DNA from: Casimicrobiaceae bacterium
GTDB lineage: Bacteria; Pseudomonadota; Gammaproteobacteria; Burkholderiales; Casimicrobiaceae
DNA: 64,000 nt
NCBI GenBank assembly: GCA_041911995.1
Contig: JAYRNW010000216.1
Coordinates: 261 to 64,260 of the forward strand
Direction of reading: 5' to 3'
Shown: piece after piece, positions 51,138 through 60,182 of the stretch
Layout: every line of letters begins with the position of its first letter
How positions within the stretch are numbered: position 1 is the stretch's first letter
Made by a program: the position numbers and the translations under genes
The notes under the pieces: generated by a model
Told to the model about the DNA's origin: nothing
What the model saw: only the letters and a program-made list of their open reading frames with translations
The model's database searches: none

Positions 51138-54100
51138 TCAGGCAAGGCTGCGCAATTCGCGCAGCGCCACCGACAGCATTGCCGCATCGGGCGCCGGCGC
51201 CGTGCGCAGCTCGTCGATGAGCTGCGCCGCCCGCTCGAGCGCGCGGCGATTCCGGTCCTCCCAGGCGGCGACGAGCGCGGGCGTCTTGGCGGTGGCGTCG
51301 CCGTCCGCGACGACGTGCGCGGTCACCGTCCGCGCGAGGCCCGCCAGGTCGTCGTGCATGGCGCTGCGCGCCAGCGTCTGCCAGTGCGCGTCGCCGGGCA
51401 GCGCCGCGATCTTCTCGCGCAGCCACGCGAGCCCCAGCCGGTCCGTCACCGCGAAGTGGACGGCGGCGACCGCGTCCACCGGCCGGTCCGCGGTCGCGGC
51501 GACCTCGGCGATGTCGAGCGCCGAGTACAGCGTGTCGAACGTGACGACGCGCTCGGCCAGGTCGCGCGGCACGCCGGAGGCGGCGAGCGCCGCGACGGCG
51601 GCGTCCACGCGCGCGCGCTCGGCGGGCGCGATCAGCTTCGGCAGCCGCGCCGAGAGCGCCTCGACGTTGGGCCGGAAATGGGCGATCGTCGCCGCCATGT
51701 CGTCGCCCAACCGGCGCGAGCGCAGGAACCACAGCGTGCCGCGCTCGAGCTGGCCGCTGGTGTCGATCAGCATCGCCGACTGCACGGCGTCGTCGACCCT
51801 GTTGTCGAGCGCCTCGATCGCGTGCCACAGCGGCACCAGCCCGAAGATCTCGCGGGCGAGCAGGTACGCGCGGACGACCTCGTGGGGCTTCGCGCCGGTC
51901 GTCTCCGCCAGGCGGTGCACGAACGTGCTGCCGACGCGGTTGACCATGCTGTTCAGCACGTGCGTCGCGATGATCTCGCGCTTCAGCGGATGCCGGTTCA
52001 TGTACGGCGCGTACTTCGGCTGCAGCGCGGCGGGGAAGTACCGCGCCAGCGCGGTGGCCACCCACGGGTCGTCGGGCAGCTCCGAGGCGACCAGCTCGTC
52101 GGCGAGCCAGAGCTTGCAGTACGCCAGCAGCACGGCGGCCTCCGGGCTGGTGAGCCCGGCCCCCGCCTTGCGCCTCGCGGCGATCTCGTGGTCCGACGGC
52201 AGGAACTCGATCGCGCGGTTGAGCCGGCCGGCCTTCTCGAGGTAGTGCATGAAGCGCGCCTGCGCATCGAGCAGCGCCGGCGCGATGCGCTTGGTCACCG
52301 ACAGCACCTGCGTCTGGAAGTAGTCGTCGCGCAGCACGAGCGCCGCGACGTCGTCGGTCATCGCCGCGAGCAGCGTGTTGCGCTGCTTCCCGGTCAGCTC
52401 GCCGTCGGCCACGGCGAGCCCGAGCAGGATCTTGATGTTGACCTCGTGGTCGGACGTGTCCACGCCGGCCGAATTGTCGATGGCGTCGGTGTTGATGCGC
52501 CCGCCGGCCTGCGCGAACTCGATGCGGCCCAGCTGCGTGCAGCCCAGGTTGCCGCCCTCGACGAAGACCTTGCAGCGCAATTCGCGGCCGTTCACGCGCA
52601 GCGCGTCGTTCGCGCGGTCGCCGACCTGCGCGTGCGTCTCGGACGTCGCCTTCACGTACGTGCCGATGCCGCCGTTGTAGATCAGATCGACCGGCGCCTT
52701 GAGGATCGCGTTGACGAGCTCCGTGGGCGTCAGCGCGTCTGCGTCGATCGCGAGCGCGGCTCCGACCTCCGGCGTGATCGCGATCGACTTGGCGCTGCGC
52801 TCGTGGACGCCGCCGCCTGCCGACAGGCGCTTCACGTCGTAGTCGGCCCACGACGAGCGCGGCAGCCGCGCGATCCGCTCGCGCTCGGTGAGGCTCGCCG
52901 CGGCGTCGGGGTCGGGGTCGAGCAGGATGTGCCGGTGGTCGAACGCCGCGACGAGCCGGATGTGCGGCGACAGCAGCATGCCGTTGCCGAACACGTCGCC
53001 CGACATGTCGCCGATGCCCACGACCGTGAAGTCGGTCGCCTGCGTGTCCACGCCCATCTCGCGAAAGTGGCGCTTGGTCGCCTCCCACGCGCCGCGCGCG
53101 GTGATCCCCATCGCCTTGTGGTCGTAGCCCGCCGAGCCGCCGGACGCGAACGCGTCGCCCAGCCAGAATCCGTACTCCTCGCTGACGGCGTTCGCGAAGT
53201 CGGAGAAGGCGGCCGTGCCCTTGTCCGCCGCGAGGCCGTGGTCGGGGTCGTCGCGGGGGTGCCGCCGCACCGGGGGCGGCGGGACCACGCGGTCGCCTGC
53301 GCGGTTGTCGGTGAGGTCGAGCAGCCCGCGCAGGTAGTCCTGGTAACAGGCGATGCCTTCCTTCAGGTACGCGTCGCGGTCACTCGCCGCGGGCGCGCGC
53401 TTCAGCACGAAGCCGCCCTTCGAGCCGACGGGCACGATGACGGTGTTCTTCACCATCTGCGCCTTCATGAGGCCGAGCACCTCGGTACGGAAGTCCTCCG
53501 GCCGGTCGGACCAGCGCAGGCCGCCGCGCGCGACCGGGCCGCCGCGCAGGTGCACGCCCTCGAACCGCGTCGCGTAGACGAAGATCTCGAACGCGGGCCT
53601 GGGCTCCGGCAGCCCGGGCACCTTCGCCGGGTCGAACTTGAACGACAGGAACGGCCGCCGTCGCCCGGCCGCGTCGCGGCGCCAGAAATTCGTGCGCGTC
53701 GTCGCCAGGATCAGCGCGAGGTACTGCCGCAGCACGCGATCCTCGGACAGGTTCGCCACACCGTCGAGCGCGGCCTCGATCGCGCGCACGGTTTCGCCGG
53801 CGCGCGCGGCCGCCCCGTCGCCGCCGTCCGGCGCGAAGCGCGCGTCGAAGAGGTCGATCAGCCGCCGCGCGATCCCGGCGTGCGCCGACAGCGTGCCCTC
53901 GATGAACGTCTGCGACAGCGCGAAACCGGTCTGGCGCATGTACTTCGCGTAGGCGCGCAGCACGACGATCTGCTCGGCCGGGATGCGCGCCGCGACGACC
54001 AGCCGGTTGAAGTCGTCGCTCTCGACCTCGCCGCGGAAGATGCGGCCGAACGCGTCCTCGAACACCTCGTGCAGCGCGTCGACCTCCATGTCGGCGTCGG

Positions 54101-55967
54101 GCAGCGCCGTCTGGATGCCGAAGTCGTGCATCCAGACCGGCGGCATGCCGTCGGGCGTGACGCGGTGCGGGCGCTCGTCGAGCACACGCAACCCCATGTG
54201 CTCCAGCATCGGCAGGCTGTCGGACAGCGTCACCGGCCGGCCCAGGTGGATGAGCTGGAAGCGCAGCGTGCCGGGCGGAGCCTCCAGCGGACGGTACAGC
54301 GAGAGCGCGAGCGGCTCGGCCTCGGACAGCCGTGCCATCAGCGCGATGTCGGGGACCGCGGCGCGCGCGGGGAACTCCTCGCGGTAGCCCGCCGGGAATG
54401 CGTGGCCGAACCGGCGGAAGCGCTCGTTGCCCTGCGCCTCGCCGAGCGCGTCGACCAGCGCCGCCTTCAGGTCGTCGGTCCAGCGCCGCGCGGCGTGCCG
54501 CAGGCGCGCCTCGAGGTCGCGGACGTCGAACTCGGGGATCGCGCCCGGATTGGTGCGCACCGTGATGTGGATGCGCGCCAGCATCGATTCGGACAGGCTC
54601 ACGTTGAACTCGGAGCTCGTGCCGTTGAACGCGGTCTTGAGGATCGACTGCCACTTCTGCCGCATGTCGGTCGAGTAGATCTCGCGCGGCGCGTAGATGA
54701 GGCACGACACGAAGCGCTCGAACGGGTCGCGGCGGACGAACAACCGGAAGCGCTGGCGATCGTACAGGTGCAGGATGCCCATCGCCGTCTGCAGCAGGTC
54801 GTCCTCGCCGGTCTGGAACAGCTCGTCGCGCGGATACGTCGCGAGGATGTTGAGCAGCGCCTTGCCGGCGTGGCTGCCCGGCGTCAGGCCGGCGCGCGCG
54901 ACGACGTTGGCGACCTTCCGGCGCAGCAGCGGGATCTCGGCCGGGTTCGCGCTGTACGCGGTCGACGTGAAGAGGCCGAGGAAGCGGTCCTCGCCGACGA
55001 CGTTGCCGGCCGCGTCGAAGCGCTTGACCGCGATGTAGTCGAGGTAGCCGGGGCGGTGCACGGTCGACCGCGACGTCGACTTGGTGATGACGAGGAGCTC
55101 CGGCCGCCGCGCGTAGGCGCGGATCTCCGGCGGCAGCGCGGCGAAGCTCGCCGCGACGTCCTTCGGCGCGCGCTCGCGCAGCACGCCGAGGCTCGAGCCC
55201 GCGACCACCTTGAGCGCGTCCTGTCCGTCGGCGCTCACGAGCTCGTGCCGGCGATAGCCGAGGAACGTGAAGTGGTTCTCCGCGAGCCAGCGCAGGAACG
55301 CGCGGCCCTCGTCGAGCTCGTCCTGGGGAATGGTCGGCGGCCGTGCGGCGAGTTCCGCCTCGACGGCGAGCGCCACCTGCTGCATCGGCTTCCAGTCGCC
55401 GACCGCCGCACGCACGTCGGCGAGCACGCGCGCCAAGTCCGCCGCGAGCGCGTCGAGCGCCGCATGACCGGTGACGCGGTCGACCTCGACGTGGATGAAC
55501 GACTCGCGCACCGCGCCCGGCGCGCCGGCCGCCGCGAGCCCCGCGAGCGTGCCGTCGGCGCCGCGCGCCACCGTGAGGATCGGGTGGACGATGAGGTGCA
55601 GCGTCAGCCCGTGCCGGTTGGCCTCCATCGTCATCGAGTCGACGAGGAACGGCATGTCGTCGTTGACGATCTCGACGATCGTGTGCGTCGACTGCCAGCC
55701 GTGCTCCTCGATCGTCGGGTTGAACGCGCGCACGCGCACGCGGCCCGGCTCGCGCTTGCGCGCGAAGCTCCAGTGCGACAGTGCGGCTCCGTACAGGTCG
55801 GCCAGCTGGCGGTCGGCGAGATCGTCCGGGTCGACCTGTCCGTAGTATTCGCGCACGAAGGTCGCGAGCGCCGCGCGCTGCTCGGGCGCGACCTTGGCCT
55901 CGACCAGCGCGACCAGTTCCGCCAGGCGTTCCATGCGGCGATCCTGTTCGACCGTGCTGCGGTTCAT
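51138..55967 (-). CDS. gdhB: Large NAD-specific glutamate dehydrogenase
   Basis: DDMPFLVDS, ARGGLRWSDR.EDFRTE, AADKGTA, GDMSGDVFGNG, DNSAGV..SDHEVN; GGAG RBS. Confidence 0.95.
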   Translation of the reverse strand: MNRSTVEQDRRMERLAELVALVEAKVAPEQRAALATFVREYYGQVDPDDLADRQLADLYGAALSHWSFARKREPGRVRVRAFNPTIEEHGWQSTHTIVEIVNDDMPFLVDSMTMEANRHGLTLHLIVHPILTVARGADGTLAGLAAAGAPGAVRESFIHVEVDRVTGHAALDALAADLARVLADVRAAVGDWKPMQQVALAVEAELAARPPTIPQDELDEGRAFLRWLAENHFTFLGYRRHELVSADGQDALKVVAGSSLGVLRERAPKDVAASFAALPPEIRAYARRPELLVITKSTSRSTVHRPGYLDYIAVKRFDAAGNVVGEDRFLGLFTSTAYSANPAEIPLLRRKVANVVARAGLTPGSHAGKALLNILATYPRDELFQTGEDDLLQTAMGILHLYDRQRFRLFVRRDPFERFVSCLIYAPREIYSTDMRQKWQSILKTAFNGTSSEFNVSLSESMLARIHITVRTNPGAIPEFDVRDLEARLRHAARRWTDDLKAALVDALGEAQGNERFRRFGHAFPAGYREEFPARAAVPDIALMARLSEAEPLALSLYRPLEAPPGTLRFQLIHLGRPVTLSDSLPMLEHMGLRVLDERPHRVTPDGMPPVWMHDFGIQTALPDADMEVDALHEVFEDAFGRIFRGEVESDDFNRLVVAARIPAEQIVVLRAYAKYMRQTGFALSQTFIEGTLSAHAGIARRLIDLFDARFAPDGGDGAAARAGETVRAIEAALDGVANLSEDRVLRQYLALILATTRTNFWRRDAAGRRRPFLSFKFDPAKVPGLPEPRPAFEIFVYATRFEGVHLRGGPVARGGLRWSDRPEDFRTEVLGLMKAQMVKNTVIVPVGSKGGFVLKRAPAASDRDAYLKEGIACYQDYLRGLLDLTDNRAGDRVVPPPPVRRHPRDDPDHGLAADKGTAAFSDFANAVSEEYGFWLGDAFASGGSAGYDHKAMGITARGAWEATKRHFREMGVDTQATDFTVVGIGDMSGDVFGNGMLLSPHIRLVAAFDHRHILLDPDPDAAASLTERERIARLPRSSWADYDVKRLSAGGGVHERSAKSIAITPEVGAALAIDADALTPTELVNAILKAPVDLIYNGGIGTYVKATSETHAQVGDRANDALRVNGRELRCKVFVEGGNLGCTQLGRIEFAQAGGRINTDAIDNSAGVDTSDHEVNIKILLGLAVADGELTGKQRNTLLAAMTDDVAALVLRDDYFQTQVLSVTKRIAPALLDAQARFMHYLEKAGRLNRAIEFLPSDHEIAARRKAGAGLTSPEAAVLLAYCKLWLADELVASELPDDPWVATALARYFPAALQPKYAPYMNRHPLKREIIATHVLNSMVNRVGSTFVHRLAETTGAKPHEVVRAYLLAREIFGLVPLWHAIEALDNRVDDAVQSAMLIDTSGQLERGTLWFLRSRRLGDDMAATIAHFRPNVEALSARLPKLIAPAERARVDAAVAALAASGVPRDLAERVVTFDTLYSALDIAEVAATADRPVDAVAAVHFAVTDRLGLAWLREKIAALPGDAHWQTLARSAMHDDLAGLARTVTAHVVADGDATAKTPALVAAWEDRNRRALERAAQLIDELRTAPAPDAAMLSVALRELRSLA

Positions 55968-56345
55968 GCGTGTCTCCTCGCGGGCGCGGATGGAAGCTCG
56001 TGGCTTCCTCGGCGCGGTTGGCGTTGTTGTGCCTACATTATGTCGCGATTCCCCGCACCGCGCCGGCTTGCGGGCCCGACGCCGCGGCGGCGGTGCGGGC
56101 GCGTCGGCCATCGTACGCTCCCGGCGTGCCCGGGCGAGCCCGAGCCTCGACTTCCGGCACCCATCGCCCCCGTCGCAAGCGTGCCGGTTGCGGATGGCAT
56201 ACTGTCGGCGATGCAACGAGTCCATTTGCGCCGACGACGGAACGGGCCGCCGGGCACGGCTCCGGCGGGCGGCGCTCGCGGGCATCCGGGGGAACCGTTC
56301 GTTGCCATCCCCGCGCCGGCCTCGCCGGTGCCGTCGCCGGACGGC

Positions 56346-57443
56346 ATGCTGTGCCAGGCCCTTCGTGGCGAACCGTCGGCATGGCCGGAAGGAGACGCCG
56401 CGCGGCTCGAGCAGCAACTCCTCGAGTCCTGCCGCGTCGAGGCGGTCGGCCCCCTCCTCCATCACGGCCTGCGCCCGTCGGCGGTCGCGGCGACGTGGCC
56501 CCTTGCGGTGCGCGAGTTCCTCGCGCACGAGTCGAGGATGCACGCGGCGCTCGACCTGCTGCGCGAGAACGAGCTGCGCGTCGTGCTTGCCGCGATGGCC
56601 GCAGCGGGTATCGCGACGCTGCTGCTCAAAGGTGCGGCGCTCGGCTACACGCACTATCCCAGCCCGGCGCTGCGGACCCGTTGCGATGCCGACGTGTGGA
56701 TCCGGCCGGAAGACCGCGACGACGGCGCGCGCGTGCTGGAAGCCATGGGCTACGTACGCTACGACGCCATCGCCGGCTCGCTGGTGAGCTACGAGGATGC
56801 GTTCCGCAAGCGCTGCGGCACGATCGAGCACGTGGTGGACCTGCACTGGCAGGTCAACAACGGCCAGGTGTTCGCGCACGCGTTTGCCTGGGACGATGCT
56901 TACGCGCGTTCCGTGCCGGTGCCGCAGCTTGGCGCAAGGGTGCGCACGCCGTATCCGCCGCATGCGCTCCTGATCGCTTGCATGCACCGCGCGGCACACC
57001 TCGGCATGGAAGGTCCCGGCGGAGTCCGCCTCATCTGGCTCTTCGACCTGCACCTCATCGCCGGCGCGATGCGCGACTCCGAGTGGCAGGAATTCGTCGA
57101 GCATTGCAGGACCACGAAGATGCGCGCGATCGCGATGGATGCCCTCCTGTGCACGCAGCGGCGGTTCCGGACGGCGCTCCCCGCCGGTGTGATCGCCGCG
57201 CTGACGGAGCGCACGCCGCCGGAGCTCTCGGCCCGGTATCTTCACGCCGGCCGCGCCGGCGTCCTGCTCACCGATCTGCGGGCCTTGCCGACCTGGCGCA
57301 AGCGCGCGAGGCTGCTGCGCGAATCGTGGTTGCCCTCGCGCGATTACATGCACCGCAAGTTCCGGGGGCGCAGCCCCTGGCTGCTGCCGTGGTGGTATGT
57401 GCGGCGCGCGGTTGAAGGCGCGTTGAAACTCGCGCGCCACTGA
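56346..57443 (+). CDS. Nucleotidyltransferase family protein (NTP_transf_5-like, RiPP-associated)
   Basis: LLLKGAAL...Y....LR...DADVW, VDLHW, RLIWLFDL; start uncertain (alternative ATG 56211). Confidence 0.85.
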   Translation: MLCQALRGEPSAWPEGDAARLEQQLLESCRVEAVGPLLHHGLRPSAVAATWPLAVREFLAHESRMHAALDLLRENELRVVLAAMAAAGIATLLLKGAALGYTHYPSPALRTRCDADVWIRPEDRDDGARVLEAMGYVRYDAIAGSLVSYEDAFRKRCGTIEHVVDLHWQVNNGQVFAHAFAWDDAYARSVPVPQLGARVRTPYPPHALLIACMHRAAHLGMEGPGGVRLIWLFDLHLIAGAMRDSEWQEFVEHCRTTKMRAIAMDALLCTQRRFRTALPAGVIAALTERTPPELSARYLHAGRAGVLLTDLRALPTWRKRARLLRESWLPSRDYMHRKFRGRSPWLLPWWYVRRAVEGALKLARH

Positions 57444-57510
57444 GCGAGAGGCTCGCACCACGCAATTTCCGCTGCGCCAGTGCCGCGCAGGCCACGATCC
57501 CGGCTCCCCG

Positions 57511-58425
57511 ATGAATTTTGCCGAACGTTATCTCAACGAGCCCGACCTGTTTCCCGCGCGTCAGAGCGGCGAGCCTTGGGGCCCGGAGCAGGTGATCGTC
57601 CGGTTCGCAGGCAACGACTATCGCTGCACCGACTTGAGCGCAACGCAGGCTGCGGCAATGCGGGAGCGCTTCGGCGCGCTCTGCGTCCCGTCCGCCGACG
57701 GCTCGCGGCCGACGGCGGACATCCGCCTGTTCCGCGCGCCCTATTCGGATTTCGTGGCCGGCGAGCACGAGTGGGAGTTCGACTTCGCACTGGAATATGC
57801 GCCGGAATCCGTGTGCTTCGCCGGCTCCCACTTCGTGGGCCGCCTCGACTGGCAGCCGCACCTCCGGGCCGCCCTGTGGACGCCCGAGGACGAGCGCCTC
57901 GTTGCGCACGCCATCCTCGAGAACGTGCTCCGGACCGTGGTGGCGTATCACCTCCTGGAGCAGCGCTCGGTGTTGCTGCACAGCGCGGCCGTCGTCGACG
58001 GCGGCGGTGCGCACGTCTTCTTCGGTCCCTCCGGCGCCGGCAAGTCGACCATCTCGCGCCTCGGCGTCGCGAGCGGCCGCGCCGTCCTGAGCGACGACAT
58101 GAATGCGTTGCGCGTCACGGCCGAAGGCGTCGTCGCGGAGCAGCTGCCGTTTGCCGGAGACCTCGGCCAGGCCATGGCGACCGACGCCGGCAGGTACCCG
58201 GTGCGCAACCTCTGCCGCCTGCGCAAGGGGGACACGGCCAGCCTGCGCCCCATGCGGCCCGCGGCCGCCATCGCCGCATTGCTGGAGTGCGCGCCGTTCG
58301 TCAATCGTAACCCGTTCCGGCACGACGAACTGGTGGCAGCGCTCGCCGGCCTCAACGACAGGCTTCCGGTGCAGGTGCTAACATTTGCGCCCGACGCGCG
58401 CGTCTTCGACCTGTTCCGGCACTGA
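57511..58425 (+). CDS. HPr kinase-related P-loop kinase
   Basis: LLHSAAVV, FFGPSGAGKST, LSDD, PF.G. Confidence 0.8.
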   Translation: MNFAERYLNEPDLFPARQSGEPWGPEQVIVRFAGNDYRCTDLSATQAAAMRERFGALCVPSADGSRPTADIRLFRAPYSDFVAGEHEWEFDFALEYAPESVCFAGSHFVGRLDWQPHLRAALWTPEDERLVAHAILENVLRTVVAYHLLEQRSVLLHSAAVVDGGGAHVFFGPSGAGKSTISRLGVASGRAVLSDDMNALRVTAEGVVAEQLPFAGDLGQAMATDAGRYPVRNLCRLRKGDTASLRPMRPAAAIAALLECAPFVNRNPFRHDELVAALAGLNDRLPVQVLTFAPDARVFDLFRH

Positions 58426-58435
58426 AGCATTCGCG

Positions 58436-58714
58436 ATGACACTCACGACGACTTTCCGGAAGCGACCGGATGTCCGCTTTCGCAACATCGGCGGCGAGGG
58501 CATCGTCGTCATGCAATCCTCGGCCGAGGTCCTCGTGGTGAGCGAAGTGGGCGCGCGCGTGCTCGAGCTCATCGAGTCCGGCAACGCCGTCGGCGGCATC
58601 CTGACCGCGATCTCCGCGGAATACGACGTGGACAGCGCCGTCCTCGAGCACGACGCGCTGGCCTATCTGCAGCAGCTGCTGGATGCGGACGTCATCGAAG
58701 TCGCGACGGCCTGA
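58436..58714 (+). CDS. PqqD-family RiPP recognition element
   Basis: FRNIGGEGIVV..SEVGARVLELI...I...ISAEYDVD...LEHD...YL. Confidence 0.9.
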   Translation: MTLTTTFRKRPDVRFRNIGGEGIVVMQSSAEVLVVSEVGARVLELIESGNAVGGILTAISAEYDVDSAVLEHDALAYLQQLLDADVIEVATA

Positions 58715-58765
58715 TTCGCCGATGGCCGTCGCCCCGACGAACGCGAAACCGGACGGCGCCGTAGC

Positions 58766-59824
58766 GTGAGCTTCGGGCAGACGCAAAAGCGGATCTGGCG
58801 CGAGAACATCCTGTTCTCCGCGCTGGTCGAGCTCACCTACCGCTGCAACCTCGACTGCTACTTCTGCTACAACGACACCGGGCTCAAGGGCGCTCCCCTG
58901 ACGACCGCGGAGTACTTCCGGTTCTTCGAGGACCTGCGCGACCTGGGAACGCTCAACCTGACGCTGTCCGGCGGCGAGCCGCTCGCGCATCCCGAGTTCT
59001 TCGTGCTGGGCGCGAAGGCCCGCGCGCTTGGCTTCGTGGTGCGCGTGAAATCCAATGGTCATGCGCTGCGCGGCACGCTGGCGCGCCGGATGAAGGACGA
59101 GGTCGACCCGTTCATCGTCGAGGTGAGCCTGCATGGCGCTTCCGCCGACGTGCACGACCGCCAGACGCGTGTTCCCGGCAGCTTCGCGCGCCTCATGGCC
59201 AACGTCCGCGCGGCGCAGGCGCTGGGATTGCGGATCAAGCTGAACAGCCCCCTGACCGCGTGGAACGAACACCAGGTCGAGGCCATGTTCGCGTTGGCGG
59301 ACGAGCTGGCCGTGCCGATCCAGTTCGACGCGGAGGTCACGGGGCGCGACAACGGGGACCCTTCCCCGCGGACCATCAGCCCGTCGAAGGAAGGCGTTGC
59401 GAGGTTGCTGCAGGTGGAGCAGCGCCGGGCTGGCGCGCATTTTCAGGCCCGCGGGCCGGACCTGGTCCGTGCTGCGGACGCAGTCCCTGCGGAGCCGACG
59501 GATCCGATTCCCGACAAGCATTGCGGTGCGGGCTCCTCGTCGCTCACCGTGGATCCCTACGGAAACGTGTACCCGTGCGTGCAGTGGCGTCGGCGCGTGG
59601 GCAACCTGCACATGGACTCGGTGAAGGCGCTCTGGCAGGGTTCGCCGGAGCTGCACCGCGTGCGTGCGCTCGCGGTCGAGGTCAAGCAGACGGTCGATCG
59701 CTTCGGGGCACCCGGACTGGGATTCTGTCCGGGGCTCGCCGAACGGGAGGCCGGTCACGCCACTCGCGTGTATCCGATGGCGCAGGTCATGCTCGACCTG
59801 CGCAAGCGCCCGCAGGTGACGTGA
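58766..59824 (+). CDS. Radical SAM enzyme with SPASM/twitch-like C-terminal domain
   Basis: ELTYRCNLDCYFCY (CxxxCxxC), SGGEP, SNG, VSLHG, CGAG....TVDPYGNVYPC, FCPG. Confidence 0.93.
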   Translation: MSFGQTQKRIWRENILFSALVELTYRCNLDCYFCYNDTGLKGAPLTTAEYFRFFEDLRDLGTLNLTLSGGEPLAHPEFFVLGAKARALGFVVRVKSNGHALRGTLARRMKDEVDPFIVEVSLHGASADVHDRQTRVPGSFARLMANVRAAQALGLRIKLNSPLTAWNEHQVEAMFALADELAVPIQFDAEVTGRDNGDPSPRTISPSKEGVARLLQVEQRRAGAHFQARGPDLVRAADAVPAEPTDPIPDKHCGAGSSSLTVDPYGNVYPCVQWRRRVGNLHMDSVKALWQGSPELHRVRALAVEVKQTVDRFGAPGLGFCPGLAEREAGHATRVYPMAQVMLDLRKRPQVT

Positions 59825-59925
59825 CACCGGGTCCCGCCGGCGGCGATCCGGAACCGGCCACCGCACCCGAGCGCCTTGCGCGCCATCGTTCCCCTGGAGT
59901 ACGCGCCAAGCGGCATCGCGCCGCG

Positions 59926-60123
59926 TCAGGACTTCGCGATGCCGCAGATGGCCGCGTTCGGCTTGCCGCGCGACGTGCCGCCCGGGCAGGTCGCCGCCAT
60001 CGCCTCCAAAGCCTCGCGCGACAGGATCCGCGGGGGCTCGTATCGCTTGCGCGACGGGTGCCTTTCCGGCTGCGGAGAACTCGTCGTTGTCGTGGCGGCG
60101 GCCGGTTTCGTGTTGTCGGACAT
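59926..60123 (-). CDS. Putative RiPP precursor (65 aa) MSDNTKPAAATTTTSSPQPERHPSRKRYEPPRILSREALEAMAATCPGGTSRGKPNAAICGIAKS
   Basis: GGAG RBS; RRE-binding-type motif KRYEPPRI; two Cys and C-terminal Ser; fills the gap between the rSAM and C25 genes. Confidence 0.78.
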   Translation of the reverse strand: MSDNTKPAAATTTTSSPQPERHPSRKRYEPPRILSREALEAMAATCPGGTSRGKPNAAICGIAKS

Positions 60124-60182
60124 GATGCTCTGCTCCCGAATGCGCTTCGCCGGTGCTCGCAGCCGCCGCGCGCTGCCGGTTC

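Noticed and set aside
51057-57443. 2128-aa + strand ORF, and extension of gdh to 57461
   Set aside because: Mostly the antisense shadow of gdh; only the 3' ~1.1 kb is the real NTase. gdh starts at 55967 with an RBS, so there is no giant fusion.
58722-58769. 15-aa ORF MAVAPTNAKPDGAVA between PqqD and the radical SAM gene
   Set aside because: Too short, no RBS or leader motif; a much better precursor exists at 59926-60123.
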